Below are positions 1 through 8,358 of a stretch of DNA of 64,000 bases, one piece after another. Each line of letters begins with the position of its first letter. Position 1 is the stretch's first letter. The translations under genes and the position numbers were made by a program. Origin of the DNA: Minisyncoccota bacterium (lineage in GTDB: Bacteria > Patescibacteriota > Minisyncoccia > Phycocordibacterales > UBA9973); assembly GCA_028718635.1 (NCBI GenBank), contig JAQULK010000001.1:24626-88625 (forward strand), read 5' to 3'. The notes under the pieces were generated by a model. The model was not told the DNA's origin. It saw only the letters and a program-made list of their open reading frames with translations, and did no database searches.

Positions 1-679
1 CAATGGTGAACAAGCGCTCGAAATAGTAGAGAGCTTGGTACGCACAGGAAAGATCGATGTCATCGTGGTAGACTCTGTCGCCGCACTTACTCCCAAAGAT
101 GAAATCGAAGGAGATATGGGGGCATATCATGTAGGCAAGCAAGCGCGCCTGATGTCGCAAGCGCTTCGTAAATTGACCGCTATTGTTTCTAGGTCCAAGA
201 CCGTTGTCATCTTTATAAATCAAATCCGCATGCAAATCGGAGTGATGTTCGGCAACCCAGAAACTACTCCCGGAGGAAAAGCATTGAAATTTTATACTTC
301 CATCCGGCTTGATATTCGAAAAATCGCCCAAATAAAAAAAGGAGAAGAAGTCGTAGGTTCCCGTACTCGAGTCAAAGTGGTTAAAAATAAAGTGGCCGCT
401 CCTTTCAAACAAACTGAATTTGACATCATTTACAATGAAGGAATTTCTAAAGAAGGTGAAATAATGGCGCTCGGAGAGAAATTTAAAATTATAGAAAAAA
501 GTGGAAATTCATATTTCTATTTACCCTCACCCCAACCCTCTCCCGAAGGGAGAGGGAGTCATGAGAAAATAAAGCTTGGCGTGGGTTATGATTCCACTCG
601 AAAATTCTTAAAAGAGGAAAAGAAAATTTCCGAACAAATTTTAAAAGAAATTAAGAAGAAGTTTACTGAAGAGGCGTAA
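1..679 (+). CDS. recA: Recombinase RecA, C-terminal part (5' end lies upstream of window); carries an in-frame 14-aa insert [14 protein letters not shown] encoded by a GC-rich palindrome
   Basis: Reading from pos 2 gives [32 protein letters not shown]...[28 protein letters not shown], the canonical RecA core; stop TAA at 677-679. Confidence 0.95.
   Translation, partial: NGEQALEIVESLVRTGKIDVIVVDSVAALTPKDEIEGDMGAYHVGKQARLMSQALRKLTAIVSRSKTVVIFINQIRMQIGVMFGNPETTPGGKALKFYTSIRLDIRKIAQIKKGEEVVGSRTRVKVVKNKVAAPFKQTEFDIIYNEGISKEGEIMALGEKFKIIEKSGNSYFYLPSPQPSPEGRGSHEKIKLGVGYDSTRKFLKEEKKISEQILKEIKKKFTEEA
524..558. repeat. GC-rich nested palindrome (family P), in-frame inside recA
   Basis: CCTCACCCCAACCCTCTCCCGAAGGGAGAGGG; about 70% GC in a 33% GC gene; encodes [12 protein letters not shown]. 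Confidence 0.8.
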
Positions 680-771
680 AGATATCTTTTGAAGGGGTTT
701 CGAGCGCGACGGCGCGAGAACTTCAGGATTTTTTATGCTTCAAAAAATCCGTACCGGAAAAAGATATCTTT
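678..771. repeat. Structured intergenic element, copy 1 (recA-efp spacer); 60-nt conserved core shared with 1404-1505
   Basis: AAGGGGUUUCGAGCGCGACGGCGCGAGAACUUCAGGAUUUUUUAUGCUUCAAAAAAUCCGUACCGG core flanked by the self-palindrome AAAGATATCTTT on both sides. Confidence 0.6.
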
Positions 772-817
772 ACGCCTGTAATTTGATTTTATCAATTAAT
801 CTGATAGTATATTACCT

Positions 818-1396
818 ATGGCTAAATTAGAATATAGCGACATTCGCGAGAAGAAAATAATTATACACGATGATGAGCCTTGTGAAGTGATAGAATCCCA
901 CGTCGCCCGCACCCAACAACGCAAACCGCAAAATCAGGTCAAATTGAGAAGCTTGATATCCGGCAAGGTCTTCCCTGCTACTTTTCATGCAGCCGAAACT
1001 GCCGATGAGGCGGACATCATCAAAAGAGACATTACTTTTCTTTATCATAACAAAGGAGAGTATTGGTTCTGTGAGCTAAATGATAAAAGTAAAAGATTCA
1101 AACTGGATGAAAACCTTATCGGAACTGCTGCTAAATTCTTCAAACAAAACGGAAACGTCACTGCGCTTGTCTGGGACAATGACGAAGAAGAAATAATCAT
1201 AAAAATAACTTTACCTATCAAGATGGAATTCAAGGTTAAAGAAGCTCCGCCTGCCGTCAGGGGTGACACCTCAAAAGGAGGCAATAAAGTCATCACTCTC
1301 GAAAACGGCACGACTCTAAACGCTCCAATGTTTATCAACGAAGGAGACACTGTCAGAATAAATACCGAAACAGGAGAATATGTAGAAAGAGTCTAG
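818..1396 (+). CDS. efp: Translation elongation factor P
   Basis: 192 aa; KOW-like N-term and OB-fold C-term organisation, conserved loop region (VARTQQRKPQNQVKLRSLISGKV) corresponds to the EF-P lysine loop, which is divergent here. Confidence 0.75.
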   Translation: MAKLEYSDIREKKIIIHDDEPCEVIESHVARTQQRKPQNQVKLRSLISGKVFPATFHAAETADEADIIKRDITFLYHNKGEYWFCELNDKSKRFKLDENLIGTAAKFFKQNGNVTALVWDNDEEEIIIKITLPIKMEFKVKEAPPAVRGDTSKGGNKVITLENGTTLNAPMFINEGDTVRINTETGEYVERV

Positions 1397-1403
1397 GTAA
1401 AAT

Positions 1404-1505
1404 AAAAAACAAAGTTTTTAAGGGGTTTTGCGAGCGACGGCGAGCAAATTTCAGGAATTTTTAAGCTTCAAAAATTCCGTACCGACAAAAATTTTGTTTT
1501 TTTAT
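1404..1505. repeat. Structured intergenic element, copy 2 (efp-rpsR convergent spacer; candidate bidirectional terminator / small RNA)
   Basis: Same core with compensatory change in the 9-bp hairpin (GGAUUUUUU...AAAAAAUCC vs GGAAUUUUU...AAAAAUUCC); outer inverted repeat AAAACAAAGTTTTT / AAAAATTTTGTTTT; overlaps rpsR stop. Confidence 0.6.
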
Positions 1506-1702
1506 TTTACCACAAACGGAAGCAAGCCCATAAATCTAGCGCGCTTGATGGCTGTTGAAAGTTCTCGTTGATTTTTAGCGGTAACTCCAGTGCGTTTATG
1601 GCTCATGATTTTACCATTGGGATTCAAAAATTTCTTTAGAATTTCAATATCCTTGTAATCTATGTATTTTATATTGTTAGTTGAAAAATAATCTTGTTTC
1701 AT
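1502..1702 (-). CDS. rpsR: 30S ribosomal protein S18
   Basis: 66 aa; motif [27 protein letters not shown] typical of S18; last gene of rpsF-ssb-rpsR arrangement. Confidence 0.9.
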   Translation of the reverse strand: MKQDYFSTNNIKYIDYKDIEILKKFLNPNGKIMSHKRTGVTAKNQRELSTAIKRARFMGLLPFVVK

Positions 1703-1820
1703 CCCGTTAGAAGTAGGTCGTGGTCTTAATTTTTGTAAAACTCTTACCTACTATTTTTATGTTTGATAATAATTTATTTTATTTCCCGTTATTTACTACG
1801 ACCGCGACTTCTAACGGGAT
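1701..1820. repeat. Intergenic palindromic element (ATCCCGTTAGAAG ... CTTCTAACGGGAT termini, AT-rich centre), copy 1: ssb-rpsR spacer
   Basis: Left arm ATCCCGTTAGAAGTAGGTCGTGGTC abuts rpsR ATG (1700-1702); right arm GACCGCGACTTCTAACGGGAT ends 5 nt after ssb stop. Confidence 0.8.
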
Positions 1821-1827
1821 TTCATTT

Positions 1828-2286
1828 TTAAAACGGTATGTCTTCTGGGTTAATGTCTTCTTCTGGGTATTCTATAGAATCAACTTCTCCTCCTCCTTCG
1901 CTCGCTGGAGCTTTTGAGCCTGTGCTTGTGGTACTCATACTTCCGCCCCCATTTCCTCCTTTGGGTCCGAACTGAGTGCGATCAGCGACTACTTCCGTAC
2001 GATATTTTTTCTCTCCGGTTGTTTTATCTTCCCAACTCCTTGTCTGCATTCTTCCCTCGATCAATATCGAGCTTCCTTTTTTCATATATTGAGAGACCGT
2101 CTCTGCTTGGCGGCCAAAAACCACAATGTTGTGATAATCAGCTGACTCTTGGCGTGTGCCATTTTTATCTTTCCAAACACGGTTAGTGGCAATAGAAAAT
2201 GTACAAACTTTTATGCCGGAAGGCAATGAACGAAGTTCTGGATCGCGTGTAAGATTTCCTATTAATATTGCTTTATTTAAATACAT
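1828..2286 (-). CDS. ssb: Single-stranded DNA-binding protein
   Basis: 152 aa; OB-fold N-term (AILIGNLTRDPELR...YHNIVVFGRQAE), Gly-rich tail ending in acidic DIPF motif typical of SSB. Confidence 0.85.
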   Translation of the reverse strand: MYLNKAILIGNLTRDPELRSLPSGIKVCTFSIATNRVWKDKNGTRQESADYHNIVVFGRQAETVSQYMKKGSSILIEGRMQTRSWEDKTTGEKKYRTEVVADRTQFGPKGGNGGGSMSTTSTGSKAPASEGGGEVDSIEYPEEDINPEDIPF

Positions 2287-2403
2287 CCCGTACGAAATAG
2301 GACGCGTACGCTTACACTACGTAGATCCTTTTTGTTATTAGTAATAATTTTTATCTTTTTCATAATATTTTTTACTTTCTGCGTCCGCGATTTCGTTCGG
2401 GAT
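2285..2403. repeat. Intergenic palindromic element, divergent copy 2: rpsF-ssb spacer
   Basis: ATCCCGTACGAAATAGGACGCG ... CGCGTCC..GATTTCGTTCGGGAT; left arm abuts ssb ATG (2284-2286). Confidence 0.6.
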
Positions 2404-2417
2404 ACATATTTTTTTAA

Positions 2418-2927
2418 TTAAGCTGCAACCAGTGCATCTATTTCTTTATCTATTTCTTCTTTGTTTATAGGAACAACCACTTCGTCACTTTTACTCTTGT
2501 CTATCTTGGCTCTTCGGTTTATAAATTCTCCGCGGGTAAATCTTTTCGTGTTGAAGGTATTTTCTTTAACCGTTTTTATTATTAAAAATCGGACGAGATT
2601 TGGATCGAGGTCGAGCTTCTTTTTCAATTTTAGAACTTCACCCGAATCCATCGTAAACTTAATCCAACCAAAATATCCTGTTTTGAATTTATTACGCACG
2701 TTGGCTATGACTTTAGTCATCGGATAAGCAAGCGTCATCATTTTTGGCATTTCATCAGAAATGGAAACACCGCCAAACGACAAAACAAGTTCCTTCAGGT
2801 TACCAAAAGTAGCTGGAATTTCTTCTTCAGAAAGTGTAGGCACTAAAAGATAGCCAAGTTCATAAACTCTAGAATTTGCTTCTGTTGATATATCATTTTC
2901 CACTTCTTGCATCCCGTTAGAAGTCAT
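2418..2927 (-). CDS. rpsF: 30S ribosomal protein S6 with C-terminal extension (true start may be the second ATG at 2910-2912)
   Basis: YELGYLLVP motif, position upstream of ssb-rpsR; 169 aa is long for S6. Confidence 0.7.
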   Translation of the reverse strand: MTSNGMQEVENDISTEANSRVYELGYLLVPTLSEEEIPATFGNLKELVLSFGGVSISDEMPKMMTLAYPMTKVIANVRNKFKTGYFGWIKFTMDSGEVLKLKKKLDLDPNLVRFLIIKTVKENTFNTKRFTRGEFINRRAKIDKSKSDEVVVPINKEEIDKEIDALVAA

Positions 2928-3011
2928 ACCAATTTTATTAAACCTTAAATATAATTAGAAAACTTTAAGTTAATTTATAATATAATCCCGAAAGGTGACT
3001 TCTAACGGGAT
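2911..3011. repeat. Intergenic palindromic element, copy 3: upstream of rpsF
   Basis: ATCCCGTTAGAAGTCA ... TGACTTCTAACGGGAT; left arm overlaps rpsF start codons. Confidence 0.75.
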
Positions 3012-3040
3012 TGCATAGGTTTCATACTATCAAAAACTCT

Positions 3041-3080
3041 TTAAAAAGTAAACCCCCACACTTATATATAAGTGTGGGGG
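3041..3080 (-). terminator. Rho-independent terminator downstream of tatD-like gene
   Basis: Perfect 14-bp stem CCCCCACACUUAUA/UAUAAGUGUGGGGG followed on minus strand by UUUACUUUUUAA. Confidence 0.7.
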
Positions 3081-3089
3081 TGAAGACTC

Positions 3090-3926
3090 TTAAATCCCAA
3101 AGACTCGCTTGGCATTTGCGACAATAGCCTTCGCCACTTCCGGTTCTGGTAGATTTTTTATTTCAGCAATTTTTTTCACGATTTCTTTCACATAGACAGG
3201 CTCATTGCGTTTACCTCTGTGCGGTACCGGCGCTACATAAGGAGAATCAGTCTCCGACATAATCATATCAAGTGGTATGTTTCTAATAACTTCATCATAA
3301 TCATGAGTAAAAGTAATAACTCCAGTAAAAGACAGAGTAAAACCAAAATCCAGAAATGCATTGGCCTCTTTTAGAGTTCCAGCAAAAAAGTGCACATTGC
3401 CTTTTACTCCAGGAAATTCTTTCAAAATCTCTAAAACATCTTGGTACGCATTTACACTAGGATCTTTTGGATTATTCCTAATGTGTAACATAAGTGGCTT
3501 CCGAGATTCTTGCGATAAGGAAACATGTTCTCTAAAAGTTTTTTTCTGTTTTTCTATTATCTCCAAACTGCAATGAAAATAATCTAAACCACATTCTCCT
3601 ATCGCTACCACCTTTGGATCTTTTAAAAATTCTTTGTAAGCATCTCTATCAAATTTTTCGACTTTGGTTTTGAAGCCGAGACCGCCAACCTCTTCATCAT
3701 CGTGATAGGATTCTTCAAGGTGAATAGGATGCAAACCAACTATTGCAAAAACTCCTTCTTGATATTCATTAGCAATTTCAACAGCCCTTTTTGAAGTGCT
3801 AAATTGGCTTCCCACATTTATCACCCATGTGTCATTTTCTAAAGCACGTTTTATAACCTCGTCCTTATCAGACTCAAAAGCCTTAAAATTTATATGTGAA
3901 TGAATGTCGATGTATTTAGGGGTCAT
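3090..3926 (-). CDS. TatD-family metal-dependent hydrolase/DNase
   Basis: 278 aa; N-term IDIHSHINF (HxH), later conserved His/Glu/Asp positions of the TatD amidohydrolase fold. Confidence 0.8.
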   Translation of the reverse strand: MTPKYIDIHSHINFKAFESDKDEVIKRALENDTWVINVGSQFSTSKRAVEIANEYQEGVFAIVGLHPIHLEESYHDDEEVGGLGFKTKVEKFDRDAYKEFLKDPKVVAIGECGLDYFHCSLEIIEKQKKTFREHVSLSQESRKPLMLHIRNNPKDPSVNAYQDVLEILKEFPGVKGNVHFFAGTLKEANAFLDFGFTLSFTGVITFTHDYDEVIRNIPLDMIMSETDSPYVAPVPHRGKRNEPVYVKEIVKKIAEIKNLPEPEVAKAIVANAKRVFGI

Positions 3927-3949
3927 AAAATATAATTGATAAATTCAAG

Positions 3950-3983
3950 AACCTCACCCTGCCCTCTCCTTATTAAGGAGAGG
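3950..3983. repeat. Family P palindrome, left TIR of DUF559 unit
   Basis: CCTCACCCTGCCCTCTCCTTATTAAGGAGAGGG, reverse complement of the 4359-4395 copy. Confidence 0.8.
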
Positions 3984-4335
3984 GTTTAGAATCAAGTTCA
4001 GTAATAATTTTTAAAATTACTCCATCAATGTTAACATTTATTTCATTATTCCAAAAACGAATTACTTTTATACCAAACACAGACAAATAATCTGACCTCT
4101 CTGCATCATATTCTTTATTTTCAATATGTTGTGATCCATCTATCTCAATCGCCAATTTTTTAAAAGGACAATAAAAATCCAAAACATATGGGCCAACAGA
4201 ATATTGTCTTTTTACTTTAAAACCTAGTTGATTATTTCTTACTTTATTCCAAAGAATCACTTCTTGGGGAGTTTGGGAACGTCTTAATAAGATGCGCTTA
4301 GTTAAATTCTTTGATTTATTATAGAAAACCGTCAT
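3973..4335 (-). CDS. DUF559 (Vsr-like / PD-(D/E)XK endonuclease fold) protein; C-terminus SKPSP is encoded inside the flanking GC-rich palindrome
   Basis: 120 aa; ...IEIDGSQH...GIKVIRFWNNEI pattern typical of DUF559; flanked by perfect 33-bp terminal inverted repeats (3950-3983 and 4359-4395). Confidence 0.65.
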   Translation of the reverse strand: MTVFYNKSKNLTKRILLRRSQTPQEVILWNKVRNNQLGFKVKRQYSVGPYVLDFYCPFKKLAIEIDGSQHIENKEYDAERSDYLSVFGIKVIRFWNNEINVNIDGVILKIITELDSKPSP

Positions 4336-4358
4336 AAAATATATTGTGGTATTTGTAT

Positions 4359-4395
4359 CCCCCTCTCCTTAATAAGGAGAGGGCTGGGGTGAGGT
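4359..4395. repeat. Family P palindrome, right TIR of DUF559 unit
   Basis: CCCTCTCCTTAATAAGGAGAGGGCTGGGGTGAGG. Confidence 0.8.
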
Positions 4396-4397
4396 TC

Positions 4398-5855
4398 TTA
4401 ATCCCTGCGTAGGAATAATGGTTCTTCTGGCATTTTATTTTCTATAATACATTTTTGTATTTTCTTAGATGTCTCAGGTATAAAAGGTTCAAGTAAAAGA
4501 GAAATTCTGTATAATTCCTTTATTAAATTTTCACGAATCATATTTTTCCCTTCTTCTGGATTTGATTTAACTAATTTGAATGGTTGTTCTTTTTGTATAT
4601 ATTTATCAAGACCTGAGATTTTCTCCCAGATTAAATCCATTGCTTCTTTAATATTGAAAACTTCTAGGGCAGTAATAATACTTGGATAGATAGTATCATC
4701 CTCAATTTTAATATTATTTAAAAAAACAGGAGAACTTTCAAAATTTGTTTCAGCCATTTTCATTATTCTACTCACTAAATTCCCCAATCCATTCGCCAGC
4801 CCTGCATTATAAGCTTCTTTGAATCTTTCTATTGTAAAAGGACTATCTTCAAAAGAAGAAATCTCGCGTAAAAGAAAATAACGCAAAGCATCAATGCCAT
4901 ATTCTTTTACAATATCATTCGGATTAATCACATTGCCTAAAGATTTAGACATTTTAATTCCGCCTTCGCCGGTAATAAAGCCATGATAAACAATAGTATC
5001 TGTATTAGGCAGTCCTGCCGACATGAGCATCCCTTGCCACATTACTGATTGAAATTTTACCATGTCTTTGCCAGCCATTTGAATATTTATGCCATCGCGC
5101 CAAAATCTTTCGAATTTTTCTTTATCATTAGGCCATCCTAGTGTAGAAATATAATTTACTAAAGCATCAAACCACACATACATGACTTGCGTATCGTCTC
5201 CTGGTATTTCAATCCCCCAAGAAAAACGCTCTTTATTGCGAGAAATAGAAAAATCCTCCATGCCATTTTTAACAAAATCAATAGCTTCAGCCCTCCGCCA
5301 CTCTGGAATTATTGATTTTTCATTCGATAAATATTCCAAAAGCTGTTTTTTATAATTCCCCAATCTAAAAAAATAATTTTCTTCTTCAACTATCTCGGGT
5401 TCCAAGTTTGGATGAAGTTGACACCTGCCATTTACTAAATCTTTTTCAGTAATAAATTTCTCGCACCCAACACAATAAAGTCCTTTATATTTCTTTTTAT
5501 AAATATCGCCCTTTGCTTCACAAAGACGCCACATCTCTTGTGCCGCCTTGATGTGTTTTTCGCTCGTGGTTCGAATAAAATTATCGTAGGAAAGATTTAG
5601 CACGCCCTTTAAATCTAGGAACTTCTGCGCATAAAAATCAACGTAATCTTGTACATCTTTACCCTGCTTTTGGCTTGCTTCTAAAATTTTTTGACCATGT
5701 TCATCCGTGCCAGTACTAAAAAAAACGTCTCTGCCTGCTAGCCGTTGATATCGGGCAAGAGCATCCGCCTGCACGAGCTCAAGTGCAAAACCGATATGCG
5801 GATCGGCATTTACGTAAGGTATTGTCGTCGTGATGTAAAAACTATTTTTGCTCAT
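4398..5855 (-). CDS. metG: Methionyl-tRNA synthetase (short form, no C-terminal tRNA-binding domain)
   Basis: 485 aa; class I HIGH-type motif PYVNADPHIGFA and KMSKSLGNVI. Confidence 0.9.
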   Translation of the reverse strand: MSKNSFYITTTIPYVNADPHIGFALELVQADALARYQRLAGRDVFFSTGTDEHGQKILEASQKQGKDVQDYVDFYAQKFLDLKGVLNLSYDNFIRTTSEKHIKAAQEMWRLCEAKGDIYKKKYKGLYCVGCEKFITEKDLVNGRCQLHPNLEPEIVEEENYFFRLGNYKKQLLEYLSNEKSIIPEWRRAEAIDFVKNGMEDFSISRNKERFSWGIEIPGDDTQVMYVWFDALVNYISTLGWPNDKEKFERFWRDGINIQMAGKDMVKFQSVMWQGMLMSAGLPNTDTIVYHGFITGEGGIKMSKSLGNVINPNDIVKEYGIDALRYFLLREISSFEDSPFTIERFKEAYNAGLANGLGNLVSRIMKMAETNFESSPVFLNNIKIEDDTIYPSIITALEVFNIKEAMDLIWEKISGLDKYIQKEQPFKLVKSNPEEGKNMIRENLIKELYRISLLLEPFIPETSKKIQKCIIENKMPEEPLFLRRD

Positions 5856-5972
5856 CCCGTTAGAAGCAGGTCGCGGTCACTACATCACCGCTATGCTTAA
5901 TTATGCTAATAAATTTTTTATATTTCATTTTATATTTTTATTTTAAACTGCGACCGCGGCTTCTAACGGGAC
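5854..5972. repeat. Intergenic palindromic element, copy 4: between membrane transporter gene and metG
   Basis: ATCCCGTTAGAAGCAGGTCGCGGTC ... GCGACCGCGGCTTCTAACGGGA; abuts metG ATG (5853-5855) and contains the upstream gene's stop (CTA at 5963-5965 = TAG on minus). Confidence 0.8.
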
Positions 5973-7045
5973 TCATTATTTGTTTTTGCTAAGATTTTAT
6001 CTTTTTCAACGTCATTTAAAAATTCCATCAAAATCACTGCAAGTGGAATAGCCAGAATCGCTCCCCAAATTCCTCCTAATTCAAAACCAACAACCACAGC
6101 TAGGATAATAACGATCGGCGAAAGTCCGACGATCTTTTTTATTATAAGCGGAGTAAAGAGAAACACATCAAATTCATGCACAATTACATAAGCTCCTGCC
6201 ACCATAAAGGCACTGCCTAAGCCGTTTGAAAGATAAGAAAAGGCAAAGACTGGAATCATCGCTACTAGAATACCATAAGGAACCATTTCCATTATTCCAG
6301 TAATGATAGCCAAAAGTAAAGCATATTCTATGCCCAAAAGAGAAAGTATCAAATAAACGAGAACCCCGACGACGAAACCTAAAAGCATTTGTCCTCTGAC
6401 CCAAAGACCTATTTTACGGCTGGAACGTGTCCATAAATCTACAATATATTTGTCGTATTTAGCAGGAACGATAATATAGAGAAAATTTTCTATCCCTTTT
6501 TCTTGGACTGAAAGATAAAAAGAAAGAAGAACAATCAATACAAAATTGAAAAGGCCTCCAAAAGCAATGAAAAGAACTTGAACAAACCCTCCGGAGAGAT
6601 TTAGAACAAAAGCTTTTGATATAGACAAAAGCGTTGTGATCGAAAAATGCCCCGAGAGAGATCCGACAATGTCTTTAGCGCCAGAAAATGCTTCATTCCT
6701 GAAGAAATCAAAAAAAGAAACATTGGGCATATAGGTAGAAATAAAAGTGGAGAAATTGTAAATTTCTGTTATCAAAAGCGGAGCAAAAAGGTAAAACAAT
6801 CCAGCTAAAATTAGAATGGAAATAGTGTAAAAAATAACAATCCCGAAAACTCTGTTTTTAATTCCGATTTTTTTCAAATGCGGAACAGAAGAATCGATAA
6901 AAGAAGCAATCACAATTGCTGTCAAAACCACCAAAACCAGATCCCTCAAGATATATAATAAAAATATAAAAAGAGGCACTAAAAAAAATTTCACGATAGT
7001 GCTGGTAGATATAGAAATACGCGTAAAATCACCTTTTTCTTGCAT
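5963..7045 (-). CDS. Polytopic membrane protein, AI-2E (PerM/UPF0118)-like transporter family
   Basis: 360 aa, about 8 predicted TM helices, length and hydropathy pattern match AI-2E family; stop codon TAG lies inside the arm of the 5854-5972 element. Confidence 0.45.
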   Translation of the reverse strand: MQEKGDFTRISISTSTIVKFFLVPLFIFLLYILRDLVLVVLTAIVIASFIDSSVPHLKKIGIKNRVFGIVIFYTISILILAGLFYLFAPLLITEIYNFSTFISTYMPNVSFFDFFRNEAFSGAKDIVGSLSGHFSITTLLSISKAFVLNLSGGFVQVLFIAFGGLFNFVLIVLLSFYLSVQEKGIENFLYIIVPAKYDKYIVDLWTRSSRKIGLWVRGQMLLGFVVGVLVYLILSLLGIEYALLLAIITGIMEMVPYGILVAMIPVFAFSYLSNGLGSAFMVAGAYVIVHEFDVFLFTPLIIKKIVGLSPIVIILAVVVGFELGGIWGAILAIPLAVILMEFLNDVEKDKILAKTNNESR

Positions 7046-7082
7046 AAAAATATAATAACACAGAAAACGCTAAACCAAAAAG

Positions 7083-8351
7083 TTAGAATTTCAACACTTT
7101 AGAAAATTTTGCTTTATCTTTAAAAGGGCCAATGAGCGCTAGGTTGAGTTTATTGTTTTGGAAAATATCCTTGGCTAAGGATTGGATTTGGTCGGCAGTG
7201 ACTTTGCGGATTTCTTTGGCTCGTTCTTCTGCTGAAATTATTTCACGTTTTAAAAGTTCTTGTCCGCCATGAAAATTCGCAATATCATCGCTCGATTCTA
7301 GGGAAAGCTTCATATTCCCTATCAGGCACTCTTTCACTTTATTTAATTCTTCTTCGCTTACTTTTTCTTCTTTGAGTTTCTTGCATTCATCCAAAACTGC
7401 CTTGATCACTTCTTCTATTCTTTTATTGTCTACCCCGGCGGAAATTTGGAAAAATCCATGGTCCGTGTAAGAGTCGTTAAAAGCTCGGACATAATAACCC
7501 ACGCCCATCTCCTCGCGAAGTTTCTGAAAAAGTCTGGAGCTCATTCCCCCGCCGAGCACCCCGCCGAGCACTGAAATAACAGGATTTTTCTTGTTAAATA
7601 AATTTAAGCTCCGCACCCCTAAAACAAAATGCGTCTGATCCGTCTTTTTAAAAGAGACCAGCACCTTCGGTTTTGCTTGTTTTTCTTTTACTTTTATTTT
7701 ATTTATTTTCTTGCCTCGTGGCATCCCTGCAAAAACTTTTTTAACTTCACCCATTACCTGCTTCTCTGTCACTGCTCCGGACACGACTAAAACTGTGGCC
7801 TCTGGAAGATAATGCTCTTTTTTGTATTTTACAAAATTATCCCTTTTCATTTCCAAAATATTTTTTTTCTCGCCAGCGATATTCCAACCCGCTGGCTGAT
7901 CGCCGTAAAGCAATTGCATCACTAGATCTTGCACATGCTTTTGGGGTATATCTTCATACATATTTATTTCTTCTATGATCACGCCCTTCTCCCTCTCCAT
8001 TTCAACTTCTGGAAAAGTGGAATTTAAGTATATATCCGACACGATATCAAAAATCTGGCTAAAATGTTTCGCATCCGATTTTGCATAATACCCCGTGTAT
8101 TCCTGCGCGGTAAAAGCATTATACTGGCTGCCGAGGCTGTCGAGTTCTTTGGATATGTCTATGGCTTTAGGTCTTTTGCTTGTGCCTTTAAAACACATAT
8201 GTTCCAAAAAGTGTGAAATTCCATTCACCTTTTTTGTCTCATACTTGCTTCCTGCCTCCACAAGCACGAGCACGGTCGCCGTCGGGTTGTCTTTCATTGG
8301 TACTGTAATAACCCGCAGACCATTCTTTAAAACTTTTTTGGAGAATTGCAT
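7083..8351 (-). CDS. M16-family (pitrilysin/insulinase-like) zinc peptidase
   Basis: 422 aa; inverted zinc motif HFLEHMCFKGT (HxxEH) near N-terminus. Confidence 0.8.
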   Translation of the reverse strand: MQFSKKVLKNGLRVITVPMKDNPTATVLVLVEAGSKYETKKVNGISHFLEHMCFKGTSKRPKAIDISKELDSLGSQYNAFTAQEYTGYYAKSDAKHFSQIFDIVSDIYLNSTFPEVEMEREKGVIIEEINMYEDIPQKHVQDLVMQLLYGDQPAGWNIAGEKKNILEMKRDNFVKYKKEHYLPEATVLVVSGAVTEKQVMGEVKKVFAGMPRGKKINKIKVKEKQAKPKVLVSFKKTDQTHFVLGVRSLNLFNKKNPVISVLGGVLGGGMSSRLFQKLREEMGVGYYVRAFNDSYTDHGFFQISAGVDNKRIEEVIKAVLDECKKLKEEKVSEEELNKVKECLIGNMKLSLESSDDIANFHGGQELLKREIISAEERAKEIRKVTADQIQSLAKDIFQNNKLNLALIGPFKDKAKFSKVLKF

Positions 8352-8358
8352 TATTAGA

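Larger units (their letters stand above)
3950..4395 (-). mobile_element. Candidate compact mobile unit: DUF559 endonuclease gene bounded by perfect 33-bp GC-rich terminal inverted repeats of family P
   Basis: TIRs are exact reverse complements; same palindrome family is dispersed as solo copies elsewhere in window. Confidence 0.5.

Noticed and set aside
827-1350. Minus-strand ORFs 827-1048 and 1045-1350 overlapping efp, and many other 60-170 aa antisense ORFs in the track (e.g. 8953-9270, 21072-21587, 44379-45086, 53686-54051, 54421-54738)
   Set aside because: They lie entirely within well-supported genes on the opposite strand, have low-complexity or biased composition and no motifs. They are treated as spurious shadow ORFs.
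1701-1820. Small self-cleaving ribozyme (hammerhead/twister-like) as identity of the ATCCCGTTAGAAG intergenic elements
   Set aside because: No CUGAUGA/GAAA hammerhead core or other ribozyme core motifs conserved across the seven copies. Only the terminal arms are conserved.
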